From: Candidatus Woesearchaeota archaeon
GTDB taxonomy: Archaea; Nanobdellota; Nanobdellia; SCGC-AAA011-G17; JAGVZF01
Direction of reading: 5' to 3'
DNA length: 64,000 bases
Assembly: GCA_964549185.1 (NCBI GenBank)
Contig: CAZJUI010000002.1
Span: forward strand, 28,409-92,408
The notes beneath the pieces are model-generated. The model worked only from the letters and a program-made list of their open reading frames with translations, ran no database searches and was not told the DNA's origin. The position numbers and the translations under genes were made by a program. Of this stretch, positions 9,428 through 19,733 are shown one piece after another (positions within the stretch are counted from its first letter, which is position 1; each line of letters begins with the position of its first letter).

Positions 9428-9716
9428 CTTCTTTTCTAAATTTTTTTATTAAATCATATATATTTGTAAATTCATATTTGAATTCTTTTTCATAAATATG
9501 TTTATGATGTCCTTTTGAAGCCTCATTATCATATCCCAATATTCTTTTTCCATTTCTTATTAAAACCAATGCATATCTTATTCCTTCTGGGAATTTATCA
9601 CTCTTAGGAACCTTTGTAATTTTTATTTCTGTTATATAATTATTAAAAACTTTTTTAGTATGGTAAATCACTTTAGTTGTAATTACTATCACCATACAGG
9701 GTAAAGTATAACCCAT
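9387..9716 (-). CDS. Small hypothetical protein. It is the putative toxin-like partner of the HTH gene.
   Basis: ORF of 109 aa with a conserved-looking His cluster (ASKGHHKHIYEKEF). It overlaps the following HTH regulator, which is a two-gene arrangement typical of TA modules. Confidence 0.35.
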   Translation of the reverse strand: MGYTLPCMVIVITTKVIYHTKKVFNNYITEIKITKVPKSDKFPEGIRYALVLIRNGKRILGYDNEASKGHHKHIYEKEFKYEFTNIYDLIKKFRKEVGEMENGNKNKGN

Positions 9717-9828
9717 ATATAAACTTTATTATTCTATAAAATATTAATTAAAACATTCAATAAAAACCCTTATTTCCCTAGACCTTACGTCCACAACATT
9801 TATATACTACTTCGTCTTACTTAGTAAT

Positions 9829-10086
9829 ATGGAATCTATAACTATAAAACTGGACAACGAATTTGCTAAAGATGTGAAGAAAGCTCTAAAAAAACATAAC
9901 TATACTACAAAAACAGAATTCATAAGAGAATCAATGAGGCTTAGATTAAAAGACTTAGAAAAGGAAGAAGCATTAAAACGCGTAAATGCAATGTACGGAT
10001 CTTTAAAACATAAAAAAATAACCGATAAAAGACTTCATGAAGCAAGACAAAGAGCAGTAGAAGAACTAGAGAAAGAACTTAAATAA
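9829..10086 (+). CDS. Ribbon-helix-helix (CopG/Arc-like) protein, antitoxin-like.
   Basis: ORF of 85 aa. N-terminus ITIKLDNEFAKDVKKALKK followed by helices, which is an RHS... RHH pattern. Confidence 0.5.
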   Translation: MESITIKLDNEFAKDVKKALKKHNYTTKTEFIRESMRLRLKDLEKEEALKRVNAMYGSLKHKKITDKRLHEARQRAVEELEKELK

Positions 10087-10480
10087 TTTCTTCAGGTTTT
10101 TTAGTCTCTACAATGTTAACCAATGCTTTAAAATGAGAATCTCTTGAAATCATTATTGCATCGTTATCTCTTGCAAGAATCGCTTGCCAAGCATCTCCTA
10201 TTGGAATTCTTTTCTGATAAGCTATTTGTTTTGCTTCTTTTAATTGCTCTTTTGTAGTATGAACATATCTAAGGTTATTTGGTTTAACAATTGTAAAAAT
10301 AGAGTTAATTTCATCCATGCTACAACCGAAATCTCTTAATTCTTTTATATGAATATTGGAATATATAATTCTAGAATCTTCTTCAATAATCTTTATTATT
10401 AACTTTAAAGCACCCTCTCCATTCTCTCCCCGCTTCATACCAAAATCCAGCCAAATTGATGTATCAAGATTATATATCAT
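10079..10480 (-). CDS. PIN-domain nuclease, VapC-like.
   Basis: ORF of 133 aa with the motifs LDTSIWLDF, DAWQAILA and ISRDSHF. It is convergent with the RHH gene and overlaps it tail-to-tail by 8 bp. Confidence 0.6.
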   Translation of the reverse strand: MIYNLDTSIWLDFGMKRGENGEGALKLIIKIIEEDSRIIYSNIHIKELRDFGCSMDEINSIFTIVKPNNLRYVHTTKEQLKEAKQIAYQKRIPIGDAWQAILARDNDAIMISRDSHFKALVNIVETKKPEEII

Positions 10481-10604
10481 ACTAAGTATAATGCCAAAAA
10501 ATTTAAATTACTATCTAAAGTCCTGAACTTCACATCCGCAACATTTAAAAACATCTAAATAACTAGTTTATCATATATATTCTAAAAGGGGCGATGAGGT
10601 AATT

Positions 10605-11588
10605 ATGAAAGCAAAAAAAACCCCTAAAAAAAGTATAAAACTAGTTGTAATAATTCCAGCCTATAATGAAGCTAACTCTCTTCCTATTGTACTTAAAAAT
10701 ATTCCTAAAAGATTATTGGGAATAAAAGAAGTTCAAGTTGTTGTCATAGATGATGGAAGTGATGATTCAACAGCTGATATAGCACGTTCATTTAACGCTC
10801 TCGTTCTTTCTAACGGAAGAAATATGGGTGTTGGTTATTCTTTCCAGAAAGGACTTGAAAAAGCAATTGAATTACATGCTGATATCCTAGTTAACATGGA
10901 TGCAGATGGACAATTTTCTCCATTAGATATTGAAAAACTAGTCTATCCAATATTAGAAGGCAAAGCAGACATGGTTACAGCTTCTAGATTTAAAGATAAA
11001 AGTTTAACTTACAAAATGCCTTTTATCAAGAAATATGGAAATAAAGCTTTTATTTACTTGATTAATACTCTTACTCATAAAAAATTTACAGATGTTACAT
11101 GTGGTTTTCGCTCTTATTCAAAAGAAGCAATGCTTAACTTAACTGTATTTGGCCAGTTTACTTATACTCAGGAAGTATTTCTTGATCTAGCTTCTAAGAA
11201 TATGAAGATAATTGAAGTTCCTATAAAAGTATTTCCAAGAACATCTGGGAAGAGTAAGGTTACTAAATCATTGATTAAGTATATATTTAATTCTAATTTG
11301 ATTGTTATGAAAGCTTTTCGTGATTATCAGCCTTTAACTTTTTTTGGTTTGATTGGATTGTTTTTTTTCTCTTTTGGATTTTTTGTTGATTTTATATTGT
11401 TTATTAGATGGCTTTCTATTCATAGAACATCTCCTTATGAGACTTTAGTTAATATAGGAATATTTTCAATGATATTTGGATTTTTGCTTATTGTGTTAGC
11501 TTTATTGGCTGATATGCTTGATAGGCAAAGAAGGTTAAATGAAAGAATACTTTATTATCAGAGAAGAAATATGAATGGGTTTAAGTAA
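10605..11588 (+). CDS. GT2 glycosyltransferase, dolichyl-phosphate mannose/glucose synthase-like (DPM1/GtrB type), with C-terminal TM segments.
   Basis: ORF of 327 aa with motifs VVIIPAYNE, VVVIDDGSDDST and DADGQF. There are two C-terminal TM helices and a strong SD (ggggcgatgaggt). Confidence 0.8.
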   Translation: MKAKKTPKKSIKLVVIIPAYNEANSLPIVLKNIPKRLLGIKEVQVVVIDDGSDDSTADIARSFNALVLSNGRNMGVGYSFQKGLEKAIELHADILVNMDADGQFSPLDIEKLVYPILEGKADMVTASRFKDKSLTYKMPFIKKYGNKAFIYLINTLTHKKFTDVTCGFRSYSKEAMLNLTVFGQFTYTQEVFLDLASKNMKIIEVPIKVFPRTSGKSKVTKSLIKYIFNSNLIVMKAFRDYQPLTFFGLIGLFFFSFGFFVDFILFIRWLSIHRTSPYETLVNIGIFSMIFGFLLIVLALLADMLDRQRRLNERILYYQRRNMNGFK

Positions 11589-12681
11589 GATGAATAAATC
11601 TTTAGATAAAATAAAAGTTTGCTATTTTTCCAGTTATTATATAAAAGATTACACCAGAACACAGGTAATAATAAATGGATTAAAAAAGAATAATGTTGAA
11701 GTTATAGAATGTATAGATAATTCTAAATCAATTTTAAGATATCCAAGAGCGATTATAAAATTTTTAAAGCTCAAAGATAATTTCGATTTAGTTATAGTTG
11801 GATTTAGGGGGCATGAAATAATGCCAATAATAAGAAAACTAACAAAAAAACCAATTATATTTGACGCATTCCTATCTTCTTATGACACTATGTGTTTTGA
11901 TAGAAAGAAGTTCAAGCCAAATTCTTTTTTTGGTAAATTCTTTTTTTGGTTGGATAAATATGATTGCACTATTGCTGATAAAGTTTTATTAGAAACAAAA
12001 CAACATGTAGATTATTTTGTTAAAACATTTGAAATTAATATTAATAAGTTCGATAGCATTTATGTTGGAGCTGATGAAGACATGTTTTTTCCACAAAATA
12101 AAGAAAAATCAAATAAGTTCATTGTTTTTTATTACGGAACATATAGACCACTACAAGGTATAGAATATATAATTAAAGCTGCAAAATTATTGGAGAAAGA
12201 TAAAGATATTTTATTCAGATTAATTGGTGGTGGGAAACATTATGATGTTGATTACTATAATTCAATAAAGAAATTAACTAAAGATTTAAACATTAAAAAC
12301 ATTGAATTTGTAGATTGGATTCCATATAAGAAAATTCCAGAAGAAATTTCCAAAGCAGATATATGTTTAGGTGGCCACTTTTCAAATATTGACAAAGCAT
12401 CTAGGGTAATAGCTGGAAAAACTTTTCAATTTATAGCAATGAAAAAACCAACAATAGTGGGAGAAAATAAAGCAAATAAAAGCATTTTTTTAAATAGAAA
12501 GAACGTATATATGTGTAAAATAGCTGATGAAAAATCTTTAGCAAAAGCAATAGTTGAATTAAAAGACAACCCAAAATTAAAATCTAATATTGCAAATAAT
12601 GGTTACAGGTTATTTGTTGAAAAATATAGCAGCAAAGCAATTGGAAAAGACTTAAAGGAGATAATTTTTAATTTAAAATGA
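11575..12681 (+). CDS. Glycosyltransferase of the GT4-like group 1 family.
   Basis: ORF of 368 aa. The C-terminal GT-B half resembles the group-1 fold (FVDWIPYKKIPEEISKADICLGG). Confidence 0.5.
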   Translation: MGLSKMNKSLDKIKVCYFSSYYIKDYTRTQVIINGLKKNNVEVIECIDNSKSILRYPRAIIKFLKLKDNFDLVIVGFRGHEIMPIIRKLTKKPIIFDAFLSSYDTMCFDRKKFKPNSFFGKFFFWLDKYDCTIADKVLLETKQHVDYFVKTFEININKFDSIYVGADEDMFFPQNKEKSNKFIVFYYGTYRPLQGIEYIIKAAKLLEKDKDILFRLIGGGKHYDVDYYNSIKKLTKDLNIKNIEFVDWIPYKKIPEEISKADICLGGHFSNIDKASRVIAGKTFQFIAMKKPTIVGENKANKSIFLNRKNVYMCKIADEKSLAKAIVELKDNPKLKSNIANNGYRLFVEKYSSKAIGKDLKEIIFNLK

Positions 12682-13649
12682 AAATTGCAATAATAAGTGA
12701 GTTGTATGGAACGCAAAGGCAAGGTGGAGAGAATCAAGCAATGCATAATCTTTATAATAATATAAAAAATGAAGGATATTTAGCCGATTTCTATTCTTAT
12801 AAATCTGAAAATCAGATAAATTCTATAATTCCACTAAAAATAAGATGCATTCCATTTATTAGAGATATATTATTTGCTCCAATTATAGGAAAAAATCTTA
12901 TTAAAAGATTAGATAAAGATTATGATTATATTATAATCTCAACTCCAAGTTTAGCTAGCCTTTCAAATTCTAAAAAAATAATTTGTTGGACACATGCATG
13001 TAGAACAATGAAAGCAGAAAAATTAATAAAGGAAAGGAAGTATAAGTTAATATATAATAAAATCACATTAAAGATCATTAAATACTTAGAAGATAAATCA
13101 TTTAATAAGCTAAATAAAATACTTGTTATTACAGAACCTATCGGAGAATTCATAAAAGTTAATTTTAATATAGATAAATCAAAAATAATTAAATTTGAAA
13201 ACATTATAGATAAGAATTTGTTCAAACCAATTAAAACTAAAAAGATATATGATCTTATTTTTGTGGGCAGGGGAACAAAACAAAAAGGGTTTGATAAATT
13301 AATTGAAATTGCAAAACAAAACAAAAACTTAAAGATATTAGCAGTAGTTAATATACTAGAGTTTAAAAATATCCCACACAATATTGATATTAAATATAAT
13401 ATAAAAAATGATGAAATGCCGAAGTATTATAATCTAGCTAAAACATTTATACTTCCATCATTAGATGAAGAGCAACCATTGACTATCTTAGAAGCAGCAT
13501 CATGCGGATTAAAGATATTAGCAAGTAAAGAAGCATTAAAAAATTTTGAAAATATTAAAAAATCGGAATATGGATTATATGCAATAAGAATTGTAAAAAA
13601 TAAATCATATAATAGGATTTCAAAAGAATTATTTACAAACAATGTATAA
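12678..13649 (+). CDS. Glycosyltransferase family 4 (group 1).
   Basis: ORF of 323 aa with the EX7E-type motif region EEQPLTILEAASCGLKILAS. Confidence 0.65.
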   Translation: MKIAIISELYGTQRQGGENQAMHNLYNNIKNEGYLADFYSYKSENQINSIIPLKIRCIPFIRDILFAPIIGKNLIKRLDKDYDYIIISTPSLASLSNSKKIICWTHACRTMKAEKLIKERKYKLIYNKITLKIIKYLEDKSFNKLNKILVITEPIGEFIKVNFNIDKSKIIKFENIIDKNLFKPIKTKKIYDLIFVGRGTKQKGFDKLIEIAKQNKNLKILAVVNILEFKNIPHNIDIKYNIKNDEMPKYYNLAKTFILPSLDEEQPLTILEAASCGLKILASKEALKNFENIKKSEYGLYAIRIVKNKSYNRISKELFTNNV

Positions 13650-15147
13650 AGGTAGAAAAACACATTCAAAAAATGAAAATGAAAGAAAATTGATTAATAT
13701 ATTAGTAATAACATTAATAATAATTATTTATCTTCTTTATACATTTTTATTTATTAACATCCATACTCCATTTTATCAAAAAGGATTTGACTCATATGCT
13801 AATTTGGGGACTATTAAATATTTAGAATCGCAAGTAAATCATGATATTACATATGAACCAGACCTTTTTCCTGGAAATTACAAAGGAGATTTTCACATAG
13901 GGTTAAATACAATATTAATGATAATCTTAATTAAAATATTAGATATAAGCTATGTAAATTTATTTTTAATATTGGGATTAATAAATATAATTTTGTTTAT
14001 TATATCTCTTAAAATATTTTTAAATTCTATGAATATAAAAGATAATATACAATTAAATTTTTTTATTTTATTTTTACTTTTATCTACTTCAATCCCAGTT
14101 CTTTATGGTAGTTCAATGTCTATATCAGACATTTTAGTTACTGCACATTATTCTTCTTTTTTTGCATTTTCTATATTTTTATTATTACTTTCTATAAATA
14201 TAAATCAAAAATTTAATAAAAATGTTACATATATGTTAAATCTAATATTATTCTTTTTATTATTCTCTTCACATTTATTAACAGGTTTTATATATCTTGG
14301 ATTATATTTTATATTTTTATTTTCTATATTAATCCAAAATAAGAAAATTGAATCTTTTAGGATATATACAATTTTAATATATCTATTTGCAATGTTGTTA
14401 CTATTATCTTGGCCATATAATAATTGGTTAAAATTCTTTATTAGCTCAGAACCTTTGCAGAATAGCATATTGTCATATAACCAATTTGACCTTAATGTAA
14501 TATTGGGATATATATCTATCATATCCTTGGGTATTGTTGGTTTGTGGAAATCCACTAGAAAGATTTTCCTCTATCTTTGGAGCATTTTGTTCTTTTTAAT
14601 TTGTATATCTCTTTTATTTCCTATAAGAATATCTTCTTACTGGAGATTTCTTCCATTTTTAAAAATTCCATTAACATTAGGACTTTCATTTTTGTTTATA
14701 TCTATATTAAAAAATAATAAATTAAAGATAGTAATATTTTCCATTACCATTATTATCCTAATCTTAGCAAATATTTATAATATTAATAATACGATATTAA
14801 CAAAAGAAAATGACTATGATAAAACATTACAATTAATGAATTTTATCCCACAAAAATCAAAAATTCTTTCAGATCCATTTATTTCATATGATCTACAAGG
14901 AATTGGAAATTATCAGGTGCTTTTTATAGCAAGTGGGCATATTACTGATCCAGAAATTAATAAACAGAACGATGATTATATTAATCGGTGGTATGATGGA
15001 TGTAACTTTACAGATCAAGAATTTAAAATATTTGATTATGTTATCATACCAAAAAATAACCAAGCATGTATGACTCAAATTACCAACAAAAATTTCCAAA
15101 TTAAAAATGAAACAAAAGACTATAACATCTATGAAAAAATCTCTTAG
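13642..15147 (+). CDS. Polytopic membrane protein, possibly an O-antigen or oligosaccharide polymerase or a membrane GT.
   Basis: ORF of 501 aa with 10 or more predicted TM helices. It lies inside the glycosylation locus. Confidence 0.45.
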   Translation: MYKGRKTHSKNENERKLINILVITLIIIIYLLYTFLFINIHTPFYQKGFDSYANLGTIKYLESQVNHDITYEPDLFPGNYKGDFHIGLNTILMIILIKILDISYVNLFLILGLINIILFIISLKIFLNSMNIKDNIQLNFFILFLLLSTSIPVLYGSSMSISDILVTAHYSSFFAFSIFLLLLSININQKFNKNVTYMLNLILFFLLFSSHLLTGFIYLGLYFIFLFSILIQNKKIESFRIYTILIYLFAMLLLLSWPYNNWLKFFISSEPLQNSILSYNQFDLNVILGYISIISLGIVGLWKSTRKIFLYLWSILFFLICISLLFPIRISSYWRFLPFLKIPLTLGLSFLFISILKNNKLKIVIFSITIIILILANIYNINNTILTKENDYDKTLQLMNFIPQKSKILSDPFISYDLQGIGNYQVLFIASGHITDPEINKQNDDYINRWYDGCNFTDQEFKIFDYVIIPKNNQACMTQITNKNFQIKNETKDYNIYEKIS

Positions 15148-16102
15148 ATTTTCCATCATAATTCCAACAAAAGATAGGGAGAAAGATTTAACTAAGTGTA
15201 TAAATTCTATATTAAAACAAAAAGTTAATTTTAATTACGAAATTATAATCATAGATGACGGAAATTTAAATGATGAGCTTATTACTAATTTTAAAAATAA
15301 ATTATCTAAAAAAAATATTTTTTTAACATATATAAAAAAGGATGGTGAACCTGGAACCGCAAAATCAAGAAATATGGGAATAAGATTATCTCACGGAGAG
15401 ATAATATTTTTCCTTGATGATGATATTGTTTTAGCACCCAGATATTTTAATGAAATATTAAAAATGTACAATAATAATAAAATTGCAGGAGTTAGTGGGT
15501 TAATTATAAATCAAGAATATGGAAAAGAAGGTTTTATAGGATTAATTGCAGAAAAACTAGGATGGATAGATAAAAGATACGGCAAGGTAAGTAAGATTGG
15601 TATCAATAAATTAAATAGATTAAAATCAGAAGAGATAAGAGAAATTGATTGGATGCCAACATGTTGTGCTTCTTACAGGAAAAAAATATTACTAAGATAT
15701 GAATTTGATGATAAGTTTTATACAGATTATTCTCTCGGTGAAGATTTAGATTTATCTTTTAGAATTTCTAGAGAACATATTTTAGTAGTAAATCCTAAAG
15801 CTAAATTATATCATTTTAATAGTGAGATTGGTAGAGATTATAAAAAAATAGGTTTTATGAGCATATATAATAGTTTTTATTTTTTTAATAAAAATCTTAA
15901 TGGAAAACTTTTTGATAAAATAAGTTTTTTAACATACATAACAATTTCCCCAATTGCAATAATGTTGTCAAAAAAACCATTTAATAAAAAGGTATTATTT
16001 ATATTTGGGCAAATTAAAGCATTACTTAATGTTTATTGCAGACTAATCTATACTCTATTTAATAAAAAATCACTTTCGACAGTTTTACATAGATATAATT
16101 AA
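15107..16102 (+). CDS. GT2 glycosyltransferase.
   Basis: ORF of 331 aa with motifs FSIIIPTKD, IIIIDDGN and FFLDDDIVL. Confidence 0.75.
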   Translation: MKQKTITSMKKSLRFSIIIPTKDREKDLTKCINSILKQKVNFNYEIIIIDDGNLNDELITNFKNKLSKKNIFLTYIKKDGEPGTAKSRNMGIRLSHGEIIFFLDDDIVLAPRYFNEILKMYNNNKIAGVSGLIINQEYGKEGFIGLIAEKLGWIDKRYGKVSKIGINKLNRLKSEEIREIDWMPTCCASYRKKILLRYEFDDKFYTDYSLGEDLDLSFRISREHILVVNPKAKLYHFNSEIGRDYKKIGFMSIYNSFYFFNKNLNGKLFDKISFLTYITISPIAIMLSKKPFNKKVLFIFGQIKALLNVYCRLIYTLFNKKSLSTVLHRYN

Positions 16103-16162
16103 TAACAACAGTAAATTACTTCAAATAAAAACACTTAAAAGTATATCTATTTTGATAGGTAC

Positions 16163-17518
16163 ATGAAAAAATCAATAAAGCCAATAAAGATAATAATCTT
16201 AATAGTTTTAGTTATTTTAGTTTTAACATTATTTTATTTAAATATAAAGCCATTTGGTGGATCAGTAAGATATTCAAAAATAATAAATCAAGAAAATACA
16301 TTATTACCTCAAGATAGGATATCTGAAATTAAAACAGAAGGAAATATAAAATACCAAGAAGCTTTAGCAGATTTAATTTATACAGATATTTCAACTCCAG
16401 GTGATATTAATGAAGACATATTACTTAAAATAAGATTTAAGGATAATTTTCCTAAAGATTCTAAAATATCTGTTGGAATACAAGATAAAGAAAATCATTA
16501 TAATCAACAAACAGCTTATATTAAAGTTCCAAATGAAAAAGTAATCTCTTCAGATAGTATAAATCAAATTCCAGAAAATTCAATAGTCTACATTGATGAT
16601 ATAAATTTGATAGTTAATAATCAAAACATAATATCAGGGGAAATAAAACCATTAGACCTTCAACCTTTTTTAAGAGGAAGTTATAATATCTTAATATATT
16701 TAGATGGAGATTTATCATTTACAGTCAAACAACAAGACCTAAATTGGTATAATAATACAGATGAAACGAATATTACATTAAAAGACAGTAAAGATAATAT
16801 ATTAACATCTGTAACTATAGAAGATGATAATGATAATAAAAATGATAGAAAATTACATGACCCAAGACAAGCAACATTAACATATCCCAATTTACAGGGA
16901 ATATACAAAATAGAAATAAGAAACAATGAAGATTCTATAATAACAGAAATTCAATCATCAACAGATAAAATAATATTTTTAAATAAATTATTTTTAGCAG
17001 CCTCAAAAAATTATGTTAATAATGATGATCAATTTTCACAAGTTTATTTTAATATAATAAAAGACACAAACATATCTTTGTCAACACCACACAAACAATA
17101 CGAACAAAACATTCAAATCAACAACATCTCATATAAAGTTCCATATCAACAAAAGAATACAATAACACTACCCCAAGGTTCATACAATCTCTTATCATTC
17201 AACTCTAATATTATAGTAGAAGGTAACACTTACTTTGCATTTAATAAAGATTCATTATTCAATCCATATAAGTTTACAATAACAAAGAACATAGCGGAGG
17301 CAGATTACATAATAACAAACTATATTCCTCCAATAGAAGACAATGGATGGTTAATATCAACTGTTAAGTTTAATCTTAGTGATTTATACATAAAAGACAA
17401 CAAATTAAACGTTTTAATTAACATTCCTCATCTAGCTAAGAATGAAACTAAGAACTACACTATTCCTATTGATTACATTGAACTAGAATATTACAAAAAG
17501 CCTTTATTCTCTAGATAG
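16163..17518 (+). CDS. Membrane-anchored or secreted hypothetical protein, rich in Asn and Ile. Its 3' 250 bp is the founding copy of a three-copy repeat.
   Basis: ORF of 451 aa with an N-terminal TM segment (IKIIILIVLVILVLTLFYL). Confidence 0.55.
   Translation: MKKSIKPIKIIILIVLVILVLTLFYLNIKPFGGSVRYSKIINQENTLLPQDRISEIKTEGNIKYQEALADLIYTDISTPGDINEDILLKIRFKDNFPKDSKISVGIQDKENHYNQQTAYIKVPNEKVISSDSINQIPENSIVYIDDINLIVNNQNIISGEIKPLDLQPFLRGSYNILIYLDGDLSFTVKQQDLNWYNNTDETNITLKDSKDNILTSVTIEDDNDNKNDRKLHDPRQATLTYPNLQGIYKIEIRNNEDSIITEIQSSTDKIIFLNKLFLAASKNYVNNDDQFSQVYFNIIKDTNISLSTPHKQYEQNIQINNISYKVPYQQKNTITLPQGSYNLLSFNSNIIVEGNTYFAFNKDSLFNPYKFTITKNIAEADYIITNYIPPIEDNGWLISTVKFNLSDLYIKDNKLNVLINIPHLAKNETKNYTIPIDYIELEYYKKPLFSR
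17265..17518 (+). repeat. Repeat copy 1, about 250 bp. It is the intact 3' coding end of 16163..17518.
   Basis: Homologous to 18247..18486 and 19489..19733. Confidence 0.85.
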
Positions 17519-17570
17519 AAAGGTTTATAAGTAAGATAATCTTACAGTAAGATTAGGAGGTGAAAGGAAA

Positions 17571-17840
17571 ATGGAAGTCGAAACAACTAAAATGTCATCT
17601 AAAGGACAAATTGTAATACCCCAAGATATAAGGGAAGATATAGAAGCTACAGAAGGAACTATATTTGCTGTTACACATAATAAAGATACAATAATTTTAA
17701 AAAAAATGGAAAAGCCATCAAAAGAATTTATATTAAAAGAAATCGAGAAAATGGCCAAAGAAAATAGAAAATACTTAGAAAGCAAAGGATTTACAGAAAA
17801 AGATGTTATGGAAAAAATCCTAAAATCAAGAGGAAAATAA
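17571..17840 (+). CDS. AbrB/MazE/SpoVT-type antitoxin, VapB-like.
   Basis: ORF of 89 aa with the swapped-hairpin motif KGQIVIPQDIREDI. It has a strong SD (aggaggtga). Confidence 0.6.
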   Translation: MEVETTKMSSKGQIVIPQDIREDIEATEGTIFAVTHNKDTIILKKMEKPSKEFILKEIEKMAKENRKYLESKGFTEKDVMEKILKSRGK

Positions 17841-17843
17841 ACT

Positions 17844-18245
17844 ATGAATGTGGTCTTAGATACAAACGTTCTTATATCTTTAAGTGTATGGGAAACAAGC
17901 GAAGCAAAAAAATTACTTGATGAGTTAGTTCATAAAAATATAAACATATTTTCCTCAGAAGAAATTAAATTTGAATATGTAAAAGTTTTAAGAAGAGATT
18001 TTGAATTATCAGATAATAGAATTGAAGAAATGTTAGAAAAAATATTTTTCTATATAGATTTCGTAGAACCAGCAGAAAAAGTAGATATTGTAAAAGATGA
18101 TCCTACAGATAATAAGATAATAGAATGTGCAATAGCTTCTAATTCTGAGTATATAATAACTTATGACAAACATTTATTAGATATTAAAAAATTTAGAAAC
18201 ATCAAGATGATAAAACCAAAAGAAGCATTTCAAGTTATAAAATAA
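17844..18245 (+). CDS. PIN-domain toxin, VapC.
   Basis: ORF of 133 aa with motifs MNVVLDTNVLI and IITYDKHLL. It lies 4 nt after the antitoxin. Confidence 0.7.
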   Translation: MNVVLDTNVLISLSVWETSEAKKLLDELVHKNINIFSSEEIKFEYVKVLRRDFELSDNRIEEMLEKIFFYIDFVEPAEKVDIVKDDPTDNKIIECAIASNSEYIITYDKHLLDIKKFRNIKMIKPKEAFQVIK

Positions 18246-18246
18246 T

Positions 18247-18486
18247 CATATAAGTTTACAATAACAAAGAACATAGCAGAAGCAGATTACATAATAACAA
18301 ACTATCAGCCTCCAATAGAAGACAATGGATGGTTAATATCAACTGTTAAGTTTAATCTTAGTGATTTATACATAAAAGACAATAAAACGTTTTAATTAAC
18401 ATTCCACATCTAGCTAAGAATGAAACAAAGAACTACACAATTACATAGAATTAGAATATTACAAGAAACTCTTATTCTCTAGATAA
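18247..18486 (+). repeat. Repeat copy 2. It is a decayed copy of the 3' end of 16163..17518, with deletions and a frameshift.
   Basis: About 90% identical to copy 1 but has two internal deletions. It starts immediately after the PIN stop codon. Confidence 0.85.
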
Positions 18487-18529
18487 AAACCGAAACATTT
18501 ATATAACAGTTGTTATATTATTATTACAT

Positions 18530-19060
18530 ATGTTACAAAATTATAACAAGTGGAAATTATTAAAAGTATTTTTTGAAGATCCTTTAAAAGAAGGTGGTTT
18601 TCAATTAAGAGAACTTAGCAGAAAAATAAAACTAGCTCCAATTTCAGTAAAACTATATCTAAATGAATTAGTTAAAGACAATTTAATAAAAAAATCAACG
18701 CTTCATAATTACCCAATATATCAAGCTAATCGAGATAATGAAAAATTTCTGCTATTTAAGAAAATAGATACAATTATTTTAATAAAAGAGTTTAATCTAA
18801 TAGATTACCTAAATGATAAATGTCTGCCATCCGTAATAATTCTTTTTGGAAGTGCCTCAAAAGGTGAAGATTTAAAAGATAGTGATATAGATATATTTGT
18901 TCAGGCAAAAGAATCAAAATTAGATTTACAAGAATTCGAAACTAAATTAAAACGAAAGATTAATATATTTTTCTCTGATAACTTTAATAATTTAAGTAAA
19001 GAATTAAAAAACAATATGTTGAACGGCATTATTTTAAAGGGATATTTAAAGGTATTTTAG
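18530..19060 (+). CDS. Minimal nucleotidyltransferase (MNT-type), the partner of a HEPN-like protein.
   Basis: ORF of 176 aa with the motif IILFGSASKGEDLKDSDIDIFV, which matches GSx10DxD. It has an N-terminal HTH-like region. Confidence 0.7.
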   Translation: MLQNYNKWKLLKVFFEDPLKEGGFQLRELSRKIKLAPISVKLYLNELVKDNLIKKSTLHNYPIYQANRDNEKFLLFKKIDTIILIKEFNLIDYLNDKCLPSVIILFGSASKGEDLKDSDIDIFVQAKESKLDLQEFETKLKRKINIFFSDNFNNLSKELKNNMLNGIILKGYLKVF

Positions 19061-19474
19061 ATGATAGAAGGAATAATAAGGATAACTCCAGATAAAGAGA
19101 AAGCAAAATCTATAAAGAAGATGTCAGAGATAACATCAGAAATGATAAAAACTATAGATATAGAAAGATTTCCCTCAAATATATTAAAAGATTATTATGA
19201 TGTAATTAGAGAATTGATAACAGCGATTCTCCTTTTAGACGGATATAAATTTATTGGAGAAGAAGCTCACAAAAAATCAATACAATATATAGAACAAAAT
19301 TATAATGAATTTACAAAATATGAAATAGTAATGTTAGATGATTTAAGAATATTAAGGAATAAAGTAGCATATGATGGATTTTTTATAAAGAAGGAATACA
19401 TTCAAGAAAGAATAAAAGAAATACTCAATATTATAAATAAGTTAAATAAGATAATAATTGCAAAATTAGAATAA
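19061..19474 (+). CDS. HEPN-like protein, the partner of the MNT.
   Basis: ORF of 137 aa starting 1 nt after the MNT stop. It is helical, but the canonical Rx4-6H motif is not clear. LRNKVAYDG is the only candidate. Confidence 0.45.
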   Translation: MIEGIIRITPDKEKAKSIKKMSEITSEMIKTIDIERFPSNILKDYYDVIRELITAILLLDGYKFIGEEAHKKSIQYIEQNYNEFTKYEIVMLDDLRILRNKVAYDGFFIKKEYIQERIKEILNIINKLNKIIIAKLE

Positions 19475-19488
19475 TAATCCATATAAAT

Positions 19489-19733
19489 ATCAAATAACAA
19501 AGAACATAGCAGAAGCAGATTACATAATAACAAACTATCAGCCTCCAATAGAAGACAATGGATGGTTAATATCAACTGTTAAGTTTAATCTTAGTGATTT
19601 ATACATAAAAGACAATAAACTAAACGTTTTAATTAACATTCCTCATCTAGCTAAAAATGAAACAAAGAACTATACTATTCCTATAGATTACATAGAGCTA
19701 GAGTATTATAAGAAGCCTTTATTCCAACGATAA
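19489..19733 (+). repeat. Repeat copy 3. It is a near-intact copy of the 3' end of 16163..17518.
   Basis: It could still encode ...ITKNIAEADYIITNYQPPIEDNGWLISTVKFNLSDLYIKDNKLNVLINIPHLAKNETKNYTIPIDYIELEYYKKPLFQR*. Copies 2 and 3 share variants (gcagaagcag, cagcctcc) that are absent from copy 1. Confidence 0.85.

Noticed and set aside
12926-16926. Minus-strand ORFs inside the glycosyltransferase, polymerase and 16163 genes (12926..13381, 13427..13669, 14205..14555, 14893..15159, 16681..16926).
   Set aside because: They are fully embedded antisense to strongly supported CDSs and are typical AT-rich spurious ORFs.
19061-19474. A confident HEPN call for the MNT partner.
   Set aside because: The canonical Rx4-6H motif is not clearly present, and only LRNKVAYDG is a candidate. 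It is kept as HEPN-like on the basis of position and size.
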